This document shows positions 40,114 to 50,800 of a stretch of 64,000 nt of DNA, piece after piece. The DNA comes from an uncultured beta proteobacterium (GTDB lineage: Bacteria; Pseudomonadota; Gammaproteobacteria; Burkholderiales; SG8-39). The position numbers and the translations under genes are program-made. The DNA is taken from the NCBI GenBank assembly GCA_963827555.1, contig CAWHBL010000023.1, forward strand, positions 29,568-93,567. Reading direction: 5' to 3'. Position 1 is the first letter of the stretch; each line of letters begins with the position of its first letter. The notes under the pieces are model-generated. The model was given only the letters and a program-made list of their open reading frames with translations, made no database searches and was not told where the DNA came from.

Positions 40114-41426
40114 GCGACCTCTTCGCTGCGCCGCAGCCGGTGGCGCCGCTCGCCGAAGCGCTCCGGCCGCGGGCGCTCGACGATGTCGTCGGCCAGGCGC
40201 ATCTGATCGGTCCCGGCAAGCCGCTGCGGCTCGCGTTCGAGTCGGGCAAGCCCCACTCGATGATCCTCTGGGGGCCGCCGGGCTCCGGCAAGACCACCAT
40301 CGCCCGGCTCATGGCCGACGCGTTCAACGCCGAGTTCATCGCGCTCTCGGCCGTGTTCTCCGGCGTCAAGGAGATCCGCGAAGCCGTCCAGCAGGCCCGC
40401 GACGTCCTCGCCCGCAACGGGCGATCCACGATCCTCTTCGTCGACGAGGTGCACCGCTTCAACAAGGCGCAGCAGGACGCGTTCCTGCCGTACGTCGAGC
40501 AGGGCCTCCTCACCTTCGTCGGCGCGACGACCGAGAATCCGTCGTTCGAGGTGAACTCGGCGCTGCTCTCCCGGGCCGCGGTGTACGTGCTGCAGCCGCT
40601 GACCGCGGCGGAGCTCGGAACGCTCTTCGACCGCGCGGCGGCGAAAGCGCTGCCCGAGCTCGGGTTCGATGCCGAGTCGCGGGAGCGGATCGTCGGCTTC
40701 GCCGATGGCGACGCGCGCCGGCTCCTCAACCTGCTCGAGATCATCCAGACCGCGGCGGCGAGCGCCGGCGTGCGGGAGATCGACGGCGCGTTCGTGGAGA
40801 ACGCCGTCGCGCGGAGCCTGCGCCGGTTCGACAAGGGCGGCGAGGCGTTCTACGACCAGATCTCGGCGCTGCACAAGGCGGTGCGGGGTTCCAATCCCGA
40901 CGCGGCGCTGTACTGGCTGGTGCGGATGCTCGACGGCGGGGCCGATCCGCTCTACCTCGCCCGGCGGATGATCCGGATGGCGACCGAGGACATCGGGCTC
41001 GCGGACCCGCGCGCCCTGTCGCTCGCGCTGGAGGCGGCCGAGACGTACGAGCGCCTCGGCACGCCCGAGGGCGAGCTCGCGCTCGCGCAGGCCGTCATCT
41101 ACCTCGCCTGCGCGGCGAAATCGAACGCGGTGTACGTCGCCTATAATTCCGCGCGCTCGTTCGTCGCGGAAGACGAGTCGCGGCCGGTGCCGCTGCGCTT
41201 GCGCAACGCGCCGACGCGGCTCATGAAGAACCTCGGGTATGGACGCGAGTACCGGTACGCCCACGACGAGGCCGAAGCGTACGCCGCCGGCGAGAACTAC
41301 TTTCCGGACGGGATGCCCGACGTGAGCTGGTACCGCCCGACCGATCGCGGGCTGGAGGCGCGCATCGCCGAGCGGCTCGCCGAGCTGCGGGCGCTCGACG
41401 AGCAGGCGCGGCGCGGGAAGGGCTAG
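40110..41426 (+). CDS. rarA: Replication-associated recombination protein A
   Basis: PLAEALRP, WGPPGSGKTT, FVDEVHRFNKAQQD, GATTENPSFE, EDIGLADP. Confidence 0.96.
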   Translation: MSDLFAAPQPVAPLAEALRPRALDDVVGQAHLIGPGKPLRLAFESGKPHSMILWGPPGSGKTTIARLMADAFNAEFIALSAVFSGVKEIREAVQQARDVLARNGRSTILFVDEVHRFNKAQQDAFLPYVEQGLLTFVGATTENPSFEVNSALLSRAAVYVLQPLTAAELGTLFDRAAAKALPELGFDAESRERIVGFADGDARRLLNLLEIIQTAAASAGVREIDGAFVENAVARSLRRFDKGGEAFYDQISALHKAVRGSNPDAALYWLVRMLDGGADPLYLARRMIRMATEDIGLADPRALSLALEAAETYERLGTPEGELALAQAVIYLACAAKSNAVYVAYNSARSFVAEDESRPVPLRLRNAPTRLMKNLGYGREYRYAHDEAEAYAAGENYFPDGMPDVSWYRPTDRGLEARIAERLAELRALDEQARRGKG

Positions 41427-41692
41427 TGCGACGTGGTCGCGGGGTGCGCGGCGTCGAACCGGCGGTAGACGGCGTAGAGCGCGTCGGCGCGGTCGAAGTG
41501 GCCGTTGCGGCGCGCGTGCTCGATGCAGTCGAGCATGTACGCCTTGATCATCACCACGCCGTCGTCGGAGTGGAGCAGGCCGTTGCCGAGCTCGGCGGCG
41601 ACGATCTCGGGGATGTGCTCGTGTTCGGCGATCACCTGGACCTCCTCGTCGGTCAGCTCGCTGAACGCGAAGCAATCGCGGAGGGAAAGCAT
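41423..41692 (-). CDS. Small conserved hypothetical protein
   Basis: MLSLRDC...IAEHEHIPEIVAAELG; RBS ggaggt. Confidence 0.75.
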   Translation of the reverse strand: MLSLRDCFAFSELTDEEVQVIAEHEHIPEIVAAELGNGLLHSDDGVVMIKAYMLDCIEHARRNGHFDRADALYAVYRRFDAAHPATTSH

Positions 41693-41827
41693 GCGAACCT
41701 CCAACGGAAGAACTACTGCGGGGATGGGTGCGTTTATAGTCCCGGCGCCCGGATTGGGCAAGTCATTAGGCAACGAAAACCCGATGCTGATGTCATCGTG
41801 CGGCGACGCCGCATGACAGCGGCGTAA

Positions 41828-43123
<1,296 letters not shown>

Positions 43124-43139
43124 TAGAATCCGCCGCCCC

Positions 43140-43229
43140 GGAGAGGTGGCAGAGTGGTCGAATGCGGCAGACTCGAAATCTGTTTTACGGCTTACCGTAA
43201 CGGGGGTTCGAATCCCTCCCTCTCCGCCA
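43140..43229 (+). tRNA. tRNA-Ser (anticodon CGA)
   Basis: GGAGAGG acceptor stem, gcaga-ctCGAaa-tctgt anticodon arm, long variable arm, GGTTCGAATCC, ends GCCA; 90 nt. Confidence 0.97.
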
Positions 43230-43274
43230 GATCAAGCACTTGCGCGCGTCGACGCGACAATTTCCCTCTCGGCA

Positions 43275-43298
43275 TCTTCTCTAATTCTTCTCTAATTC
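43275..43298. repeat. 11-bp tandem repeat (tcttctctaat)x2, possible integrase arm-type sites
   Basis: Exact AT-rich duplication about 45 bp from the tRNA 3' end. Confidence 0.55.
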
Positions 43299-43511
43299 GA
43301 CGCGCCCTTCACCGCGCTAGGCACCGATGGCTTCGGCCGCAGCGACACGCGCGCAGCCTTGCGCCGTTTCTTCGAGATCGACCGCCATCACGTGGTACTG
43401 GCCGCACTCACGGCGCTGCGCGAACGGGGCCAGGTCGACGCGAAGACTTGCGCCGAGGCGATCGCGCGCTACGGACTGGCGCCCGACGTCCTGGCGCCGT
43501 GGCTTGCTTGA
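43299..43511 (+). pseudogene. C-terminal fragment of an AceE-type 2-oxoacid dehydrogenase E1
   Basis: FTALGTDGFGRSDTRAALRRFFEIDRHHVVLAAL...AEAIARYGL...PWLA*; no start codon. Confidence 0.85.
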
Positions 43512-43522
43512 ATGGAGTGCCG

Positions 43523-44410
43523 CTACATCTCGGCAAACCGCCGGGCCAGGTGATCCACCATCGCACGAACGCGGGTCGGCACGTGGCGACCGCTCGGCAT
43601 GACCGCGCTGATCGGCACCGGCTCGCCCTCGTGGTCCTCGAGCAATCGCACGAGTCTCCCGGCTCGAAGATCGGCCGCGACATCCACGTGGGCCTTGTAG
43701 GCAACGCCTTCCCCTCTCACAGCCCACTGCCGAGCCAGGAGCGAGTCGCCGCACAGGACGGGCTTGACGACCACGGTTTCGGTCGTCCCCGCGGGTGAGA
43801 CGAAGCTCCACTGGACCTTGGGCTGATCGCGCGACAGCCACGCGAGGCAGCGATGGTTGGCCAGGTCCGCCGGGGACAGGAGAGGCGCCGATTGCTCGAG
43901 ATACTTCGGCGCGGCGACGAGGATGCGGTGCGTGCGCACCAGCAATCGGCTGACCATGGACGAGTCGGTCAGCTCGCCGTACCGGATCGCGATGTCCACC
44001 GCCTCGCGCGGCAACTCGTGCATCCGGTCGCCGACACGCAGTGTCACCGCCAGGCGCGGATGCATCTTCGTGTAGTCGCCGACCCATTCGGCCAGGAACT
44101 GCGTGCTCGTGTCCGTGGGGGCGGCAATGTGGATGCGGCCTTCCAGTGCGCGGGCATCATGGCGAAGAAGGCTTCGGCCGCGGGCCCACGTCGTGGTGAT
44201 CGCGTCACACGTCTGCAGGAATCGCTCGCCCTCGGGAGTCAGGCGCAGCGTCCTCGTCGTGCGCTCGACGAGGCGCACGCCGAGCTCCTCCTCGATCCGC
44301 TTGAGCCGTGCGCTGACCGAGGCGGGTGTCTGGTCGAGCTGCCGAGCCGCCTCGCTCAACGACCTGGCGTGCGCCACGCGAAGGAACAGGCCGAGGTCGT
44401 CGAGGTGCAT
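43523..44410 (-). CDS. LysR family transcriptional regulator
   Basis: SLSEAARQLDQTPASVSARLKRIEEELGVRLVERTTR HTH; VDIAIRYG. Confidence 0.95.
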   Translation of the reverse strand: MHLDDLGLFLRVAHARSLSEAARQLDQTPASVSARLKRIEEELGVRLVERTTRTLRLTPEGERFLQTCDAITTTWARGRSLLRHDARALEGRIHIAAPTDTSTQFLAEWVGDYTKMHPRLAVTLRVGDRMHELPREAVDIAIRYGELTDSSMVSRLLVRTHRILVAAPKYLEQSAPLLSPADLANHRCLAWLSRDQPKVQWSFVSPAGTTETVVVKPVLCGDSLLARQWAVRGEGVAYKAHVDVAADLRAGRLVRLLEDHEGEPVPISAVMPSGRHVPTRVRAMVDHLARRFAEM

Positions 44411-44436
44411 GCTCCATTATGCGGGCCTGCCGGTGG

Positions 44437-45684
44437 TCAGGAGCCCGGCGTTCCCCGCGCCTTCGGGCGGAACCGGTAGATCCGGTACGGCGCTGCGTTG
44501 TTGGCGGTTCCCGACGGCGTCGCATTGCTCTGGAAGACGCCCGTCTGGATCAGCTGCGCGGCGCCCGAGTACATGTGGCCGTCGGAAAGGTACGTGACGC
44601 CGTCGGGCCAGATCATCTCCGGGTCCGAAGCGTAGACGCGGTATTCCCGCGTGTCCGGTGGAATGATGCCGATGGCGTGCCTTCCGACTTCGGTCAGGTA
44701 GAGGTTGTTGTCCTTGTCGATCGTCAGTCCGCCGTTGTACGGCTTGTGGGCATAGAACTCGATCCTCGCGGACAGCTGCGCATCGCTGAGGGTCGTGTCC
44801 AGCAGGTCGGTCATGCGCACCCGGTACATCTCGTAGCCGCTCAGCGGCGCGAAGTAGAGCCACTCCTGCTTCCTGTCCAGCGTGATGCCGTCGACGCCGA
44901 CCCGCAAGCCCCACGCCGCCGCAGGCTGTCCCGCCTGCGCCACCCATCGGATCGGATCGGGGTTCGGCGTCACGTGCGGATCGCCCTGCAGCACCCGGCG
45001 GCTCTTGCCCGTCGCAATGTCCGTGACGACGAGCGCCGCGGTGCTCCCAACGCCGTTCGAGTTTTCGCCGATCGCCTCGTCCGCGGCGATCAGCACGCCG
45101 TGCTTCAGAGAGATGGCGAAGTCGTTGTGCTGGGATTGCGGCAAGGTGACCGCGTCGAGGTCGATCACCTTGTACAGCCTGTTGAACTTGGTATCCCATC
45201 CGACGTATTTCGCATGCAGGGCGAGCGGCCTTGGATGCACCGGGTCGGCGCGATCGGTCGACTTCGCGGAGTCGAGGATCCACAGGATGCCGTTCGCATC
45301 CGCATGGAACCCGAGCACCCAGTCGAGGCAGTAGTCGTACCGGCCGTTGACCGCTGGCAGGAAGCTCCCATCGGGCTTCCGGCAGCTCTGCAGCAGCCCC
45401 GACCCCGCGGGAGGATAGGGCGTGCTCGACCTGCGATCGGCGTTCAGCGTGGCCACCTGCACCGAGGTCGGCGTGAGGTAGAAGGGGTGATACCCGATGA
45501 TCATGTGGCCGTTCTGCATCTGCGTGATGGCAGCAATGCCGGACTGGGTCAGTTCCGCGTACACCTCGAGGTGCACCTTGCCCTTGTGGTCATCGCACTC
45601 ATCGTCTCGGGCATAGCCCGCGGCGGACGCGGCCAGGGTGAACGCAGCGGCAGCTGCGATTGCGACGGCGTTTCTCGTCAACAT
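44437..45684 (-). CDS. Exported beta-propeller of the yellow/major royal jelly protein family
   Basis: Signal peptide; ILWILDS, GVDGITLD, WLYFAPLSG, MIWPDGV. Confidence 0.78.
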   Translation of the reverse strand: MLTRNAVAIAAAAAFTLAASAAGYARDDECDDHKGKVHLEVYAELTQSGIAAITQMQNGHMIIGYHPFYLTPTSVQVATLNADRRSSTPYPPAGSGLLQSCRKPDGSFLPAVNGRYDYCLDWVLGFHADANGILWILDSAKSTDRADPVHPRPLALHAKYVGWDTKFNRLYKVIDLDAVTLPQSQHNDFAISLKHGVLIAADEAIGENSNGVGSTAALVVTDIATGKSRRVLQGDPHVTPNPDPIRWVAQAGQPAAAWGLRVGVDGITLDRKQEWLYFAPLSGYEMYRVRMTDLLDTTLSDAQLSARIEFYAHKPYNGGLTIDKDNNLYLTEVGRHAIGIIPPDTREYRVYASDPEMIWPDGVTYLSDGHMYSGAAQLIQTGVFQSNATPSGTANNAAPYRIYRFRPKARGTPGS

Positions 45685-45960
45685 CGTGGTCTCCGTAGTG
45701 AGTTTCGTTGGGTGATCCGACAGGCGCGCCCCGAATGGTCGCCCTGCGCAATCGAGCTCACAACGCCGCCGTCACGACAACACTTTCGGGATTTCGTTGA
45801 AGCCCGGGTTCGGGTTGGGTCAGCAATGAACGATGCGAGGCGCCGGCTGGGGCCGGCGCGCAGATCGTGCGCGCCGAAGAGGCCTGAGCGCGGCGGCTCG
45901 CCGCTGCGACGTCGCCGGGTTCTCGATGGTGGTCAGGTGCCGAGTGCAGTAAGTTCGGCG

Positions 45961-46345
45961 GGGATAGGAAATTCAACCCCCCTTTTCTGTTCAGCTTGAA
46001 AGCCGCAGAGTGGCGCTGCGACCGGTCCGGCGGCTGGGCGCCGTGCTTGCCGCGGTGAAGATCGCCCCGTTTGGGGACGGCCTGAGTCGGGTGCGCGAGT
46101 TAGACGCCCCGCGAGTGCCAGGCCGAGGGTACCCCGGGCTGCAGACGCCAAGCCCAGGCACAGCCGGCACCTTGGCTCGGGGCGTCGGTGCGCTCGAACG
46201 GGATGGGTTGAGCTGAAGTCAGGCCGCGTGAAGCAGGGCCGGCGCCTGTGCCGGCGAGCGTGGTGGGGCGCGCGCGCAAAGGCCCAGATGGGTCTGGTGG
46301 GGCGCGCGCGCGAAGGCCCAGATGGGTCAGGGCGTTTCTCAACGA
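45961..46345 (-). mobile_element. IS91/ISCR-like element 3' end: transposase C-terminal remnant plus oriIS-like terminus
   Basis: THLGLCARAPPRSPAQAPALLHAA* (stop 46219-46221); terminus GGGGTTGAATTTCCTATCCC resembles ISCR oriIS ends. Confidence 0.72.
46261..46328. repeat. 34-bp tandem duplication inside the transposase remnant
   Basis: tggtggggcgcgcgcgc(a/g)aaggcccagatgggtc twice, one mismatch. Confidence 0.9.
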
Positions 46346-46694
46346 AGCCGCGCGATGCGGCCGTGGGGGAAGGCCCCCTCAGGGGGCCGCGCGGTGGGTG
46401 GGCGCGGGGGACCTGAGCAAGGACTCCGCACGCCATTCGAGTGTGCGAGGTCGACGAATCGATCGTGAGCTGCTTGCGGCGCTGGGTTCGGCTAGCGACG
46501 GGCCGTTACTCGTGGCGCAGCGCCATGAGCGGGTCGATGCCGAGCGCCCTCTTCGCCTACGCGCCCGCCACCACCTTGAACGGAATGTCTGCGCGCTCGA
46601 ACAAATGGTTCTCCGTCACGGCTATTCGACGACAACGCCGCGAAGGGGGCTCGCGTGACCACCGTCCGCCTGCGACCTTGGCTGACATCGCGAT

Positions 46695-47720
46695 GTGATT
46701 GCACTTCAAGACACTCAGGAACACACTGATCTCGTGGCCGGCTCTCAGAAACACGTCTGGTTCTTCGCCGTGCCCGGCACGGACTTGCTCGACGTCACTG
46801 GACCATGGGAGGTCCTCCGGCACGCCAACGACGTGCTCAGACGCACCGCCTACGAAATTGAGCTCGTGGGCCCCAGTGGCCCCACGCTGCGGACGCGACA
46901 CGGGCTCGTCATCGCAGGGGTTCGACCGCTGCCGGCGAAAGTACGTCGTCTCCCTGACGTCGCGATCATTGCCGGCGGCTCGCCGGCTACGCCGGTGCCC
47001 GACCAGCAAGCGCGCCTGGTGGGATGGCTTCGACGCCATCATCGACGAATCTCAACGATGGTCAGCATCTGCACAGGTGCCTTCATCCTCGGCGAAGCCG
47101 GTCTGCTCGACGGCCATCGTGCCACAACACATTGGCGCTTCCTCGGTGAGCTACGCTTGCGATTTCCAGCAGCCACGGTCGTCGACGAGGGTATCTTCGT
47201 TCACGATCGCCGCCTCTGGACATCTGCAGGCATCACGGCGGGCATCGACCTTACCCTCGCGCTCGTCGAGGAAGACCACGGACACGCGGTCGCCATGGCG
47301 GTCGCGAAGGAGTTGGTCCTGTTCCTGCGGCGGTCCGGAAATCAAGCGCAGTTCAGCTCCACACTTCGCCGGCAAGAGAGAGCCCCTTCCAAGCGCGACG
47401 ACACGTACGCGTTCGTCCTAGAGCACATCGACGAGCCTCTGCCCGTCGAGCGGCTAGCGGAGGGCGCCGGAGTGAGCCCGCGCACACTAAGCCGTTGGTT
47501 CCGTACGCACCTTGACGAGTCTCCCGCGGAGCTCGTGCGCCGCGTCCGAGTCGATGAGGCGCGACGACTGCTCGAGGAGACCGATCTCTCCATCAAGGAA
47601 ATCAGCGCGCGAGCGGGACTCGGCGACGTCAGCACCATGTGGCGCGTCTTCACCCAACACCTCGGAGTCACTCCGACGGAGTATCGCGGTCGCTTCGCGG
47701 TCCAGCGAGATCGCGCGTAG
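46695..47720 (+). CDS. GlxA-family AraC regulator with DJ-1/PfpI domain
   Basis: LLDVTGPWEV, SICTGAFIL, ATTHW, WTSAGITAGIDL, double HTH. Confidence 0.93.
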   Translation: MIALQDTQEHTDLVAGSQKHVWFFAVPGTDLLDVTGPWEVLRHANDVLRRTAYEIELVGPSGPTLRTRHGLVIAGVRPLPAKVRRLPDVAIIAGGSPATPVPDQQARLVGWLRRHHRRISTMVSICTGAFILGEAGLLDGHRATTHWRFLGELRLRFPAATVVDEGIFVHDRRLWTSAGITAGIDLTLALVEEDHGHAVAMAVAKELVLFLRRSGNQAQFSSTLRRQERAPSKRDDTYAFVLEHIDEPLPVERLAEGAGVSPRTLSRWFRTHLDESPAELVRRVRVDEARRLLEETDLSIKEISARAGLGDVSTMWRVFTQHLGVTPTEYRGRFAVQRDRA

Positions 47721-47952
47721 CTCCGCGGCGCTGGAGCGTGAGCATCGAGACGAGAACCCTTCGCCGCGAGCATCGGCTCGGGATCCCGGTGTCCCAAAGT
47801 GCAAGATGCTTGTCCTTTACGCCATCTCGCTGGCTCGCTAGTCTTCGCAGTGTGCCGACGACGAAGCTCGACGTCTCACACGCCCCGCTGAACATGGCGC
47901 TCGATGGCCCACGTTCACGAGCGCTTCGATCGCAACGGACGTAGGAGAAAGC

Positions 47953-48639
47953 ATGTCGAGCTCAAAGAGGGCCCTGCCAGACTCGGAGCTGTGTAACGCC
48001 GCCGTTGAGTACGCCCGGACCGTGTCCGACCCGTTCTTGTTTCATCACGTCATGCGGTCAGCCATCCTCGCCGACTCGATCGGTCGTAGGTCGGGCATGA
48101 AATTCGACCGCGAGGTCCTATGCGTGTCGGCAGTGCTCCACGACCTCGGTCTGACGACGATCGCCCCCGTACAGATGCGCTTCGAGATCGAAGGAGCGGA
48201 TCTCGCGAAGGACTTTCTCGCGAAGAAGGGGATGAGCGAAGGCCACCTCGAGATCGTCTGGGACGCCATCGCGCTGCATACGACTGCCGAGATCCCGTCG
48301 AGGAAATGCAGCGAGGTCGCCCTGTGTCAACTCGGCATCGCTGCTGATCTCGGGATCGCACCGCCGGACGTCATCAGCAACGAGACGGTCGACGACGTGC
48401 TCGCTGCGTACCCGTGGCTCGAAATGCACCAATCACTGCCTACGGCGCTCGTCGGCCTTTTCCACAAGAACCCCAAAGCCGCCTCCTCGAATCCCGTCGC
48501 AGAGGCGTGCGAGCAGCGGGTCCCAGGATTCAAGCGCTTCAACGTGTGCGATCGCTTGATCGACACGCATGCGCGAAGGAACGGGGGGACCCTGCGCACG
48601 AACAGCGAAGTCGAGATGCAACGGGGAGAAATCGCGTGA
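47953..48639 (+). CDS. HD-domain protein
   Basis: HHVMRS, LHDLGL, RFEIEGAD, WDAIALHT. Confidence 0.88.
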   Translation: MSSSKRALPDSELCNAAVEYARTVSDPFLFHHVMRSAILADSIGRRSGMKFDREVLCVSAVLHDLGLTTIAPVQMRFEIEGADLAKDFLAKKGMSEGHLEIVWDAIALHTTAEIPSRKCSEVALCQLGIAADLGIAPPDVISNETVDDVLAAYPWLEMHQSLPTALVGLFHKNPKAASSNPVAEACEQRVPGFKRFNVCDRLIDTHARRNGGTLRTNSEVEMQRGEIA

Positions 48640-49472
48640 GCGACGACCTCCCGAAGCTCGGACAAGTCAGCACGACGCGAGTCGACAACCTTCAGGTCCG
48701 AAGTGTGCGGGGCGGAGCAACGACCGGAATTCCGGTTCTCCTCACGAACCCTTGGCCGGAGAGCATCTACGCCTTTCGCGGGGTCCTGCCAACGATCGAG
48801 CGCCGCCATCCGGTGATCGCGGTTGATCTGCCGGGATTCGGCCGCTCTGAAGGCCGACCGGATGTGATGTCGCCAGAAGCCATGGGTCGTTTCATCGTGA
48901 AGTTGGCCGAGCACTTCGGGATGAACCGACTACACGCGGTCGGCCCGGATGTCGGCACCTCCGCGCTCTTGTTTGCGGCGGCGAAGAAGCCGACGCTCTT
49001 CGAGAGCCTAATCGTCGGCAGCGGCGCAGCGAGCCTGGAGCTCACGGCCGGCGCGCTGAAGGATATCGTCGCGTCACCCCCAGGCGCGTTCGCCCAGACG
49101 GATGGCGGCGGGATCGCCACGAGCTTCGTATCGGATTCGGCCGCTCGCCCGACGCCGGCAGCCATTCTTGAAGACTACAGGCTTTCCGCCGCCGGGAGCC
49201 GCTTCGAGGAGCAGGCGAACTACGTCAGAGCGTACGCGAACGACCTTCCGCGACTGAAGGAGCTCCTTCCCAACATCCAGACGCCGGTCTTGATCCTTGC
49301 GGGAAGAAGCGACCCGATCGTCCCGCCCGCGAACGGGCAGTTCCTGAAGGACCGCCTTCCCCGTAGTCGGTTCACGCTGCTCGAAGGGGGCCATCTCGTC
49401 TGGGAGGACGCCGCCGAGGATTATGCGGACGAGCTCGCGTCGTGGCTCGGCGGCGCCTATCGCTCCCTCTAG
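48636..49472 (+). CDS. Alpha/beta hydrolase (Asp-nucleophile, epoxide hydrolase-like)
   Basis: PWPES, DLPGFGRS, GPDVG, GGHLVWE; GTGA overlap. Confidence 0.88.
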   Translation: MSDDLPKLGQVSTTRVDNLQVRSVRGGATTGIPVLLTNPWPESIYAFRGVLPTIERRHPVIAVDLPGFGRSEGRPDVMSPEAMGRFIVKLAEHFGMNRLHAVGPDVGTSALLFAAAKKPTLFESLIVGSGAASLELTAGALKDIVASPPGAFAQTDGGGIATSFVSDSAARPTPAAILEDYRLSAAGSRFEEQANYVRAYANDLPRLKELLPNIQTPVLILAGRSDPIVPPANGQFLKDRLPRSRFTLLEGGHLVWEDAAEDYADELASWLGGAYRSL

Positions 49473-49512
49473 TGTTAACAGTGATCCATCCGCTCAGAGA
49501 AAGAGGAATTCC

Positions 49513-49884
49513 ATGACCAACAAACAGGTGGTTCTCGAAGCCATCACCGGGCTGTTCGTACGACGCGATGCGAGCGTTCTCGATACACATTTCGCCCCCG
49601 ACTATCGGCAGCACAATCCGACCATCGGGAATGGCGTGGCGGCGTTGCGCGCGCTTGCGCCCAAGCTGTCGCCGAACCTTCGCTACGAGCCTGGGATGAT
49701 CGTCGAGGACGGCGACATCGTCATGATCCACGGGCGCTATGTCGGCTGGGCCGAGAAGCCGCTCGTTGCCGTCGACATCTTTCGCGTGCGGGACGGAAAG
49801 CTCGTGGAGCACTGGGACGTGATGCAGGAAGAGGTGCCGGTGTCGGCGACGGTGAGCGGCAACCCGATGTTCACCATTCCGTGA
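49513..49884 (+). CDS. SnoaL/NTF2-like protein
   Basis: YRQHNP, VDIFRVRDGKLVEHWDVMQ; RBS gagga. Confidence 0.9.
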   Translation: MTNKQVVLEAITGLFVRRDASVLDTHFAPDYRQHNPTIGNGVAALRALAPKLSPNLRYEPGMIVEDGDIVMIHGRYVGWAEKPLVAVDIFRVRDGKLVEHWDVMQEEVPVSATVSGNPMFTIP

Positions 49885-49920
49885 ACGCGAGCAATCGAGA
49901 CCGAGGCGCACGATTCCACT

Positions 49921-50093
49921 CGCAAAACGCGCTCGATGCTGCTCCGCTACAACATCGTACCGAGCGCGAGACGGCAGATGCGCTGCTCCGCGCAGACGTC
50001 TATCTCTCAACGCAGCCGACGAGAGCCGAAAACGAAGGGACAGTTGAGGGACATTCAGGCCGACGGCGGCGGCAAGTCGTTGGCAGCCCGTGA
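49921..50093 (+). pseudogene. C-terminal remnant of a tyrosine integrase
   Basis: RKTRSMLLRYNIV/TERETADALLRAD resembles the GH-KT-x-S-M-x-x-RY-NIV catalytic-Tyr region; adjacent to a tRNA 3' fragment. Confidence 0.55.
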
Positions 50094-50099
50094 AGCGGT

Positions 50100-50129
50100 T
50101 GGCTCCCCACCGGAGTCGAACCGGTGTTC
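50100..50129 (-). other. tRNA 3'-end fragment (att-site remnant)
   Basis: Minus strand gaacACCGG-TTCGACT-CCGGTggggagCCA = T-arm, 3' acceptor strand and CCA; no 5' half. Confidence 0.65.
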
Positions 50130-50229
50130 GTGGTCGATGCAGACGGCAAGAACGCTATCCCGCGACGCCTACCACCGGTCGTGTCGTCGCTTTCAGAACG
50201 TCCTCGAATCCCGCCCGCTGCGGCCCTTG

Positions 50230-50800
50230 CCTCCCACTGCCTTGCACCAAGCAGTGCAGATGGATATTCAGGTTTGCGGCCGAGCCGAAGCGCTGGATCA
50301 GCGTAACCGCACCGCTGTCGGCGTGGCCTGCCTTCAATCCAGCTTGTTTGAGCAAGAAGCGGGTGATCACCCGATGGACAACCTGCAGCACCAGCGTGAG
50401 CACCTGGGGCTGCGCCGCCAGCAGCAAGCGCAGCGGGATCGGGAACGACAACACCCACTGGCGCATCGGCACGCGCGGGATGACGTGATCGATCAGGTGG
50501 GCGGCGGTCTGCGCCATGCGCCGGGCGCCGCACGAAGGGCAGAACCCGCGGCGCTTGCAGGAGAAGGCGACGAGCTTGTCGTGGCCGCAGTCGCCGCAAC
50601 GCAGTCGCAAGAAGCCATGGGCGAGGATGCCGCATTCCAGAAAGGCCTCGAACTCGTCCCTGACGAACGGTGGCAGGCTTGCACCCGCGGCGCCTTCGAG
50701 GTGGGCGAAGAAGGTCGCGGCGTTCTCCTGGACCAGCCGGTACAGCGTCGTTTGCTCCGGACGACGCAGATCGCAGTTCGAGGCTGGGCGTGGCGGTAGG
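50230..50800 (-). mobile_element. IS91-family transposase, N-terminal fragment
   Basis: RPEQTTLY, CGILAHGF, CGDCG, SCKRRGFCPSCGARRM, RQWVLSFP, QRFGSAANLNIHLHCLV (HUH); truncated right after the HUH motif. Confidence 0.9.

Noticed and set aside
46261-46328. CRISPR-like repeat
   Set aside because: Two adjacent 34-bp copies with no spacer, inside a transposase remnant; no cas genes or arrays anywhere in the window
49936-50799. 287-aa plus-strand ORF as a real gene
   Set aside because: Mostly the antisense shadow of the IS91-family transposase fragment
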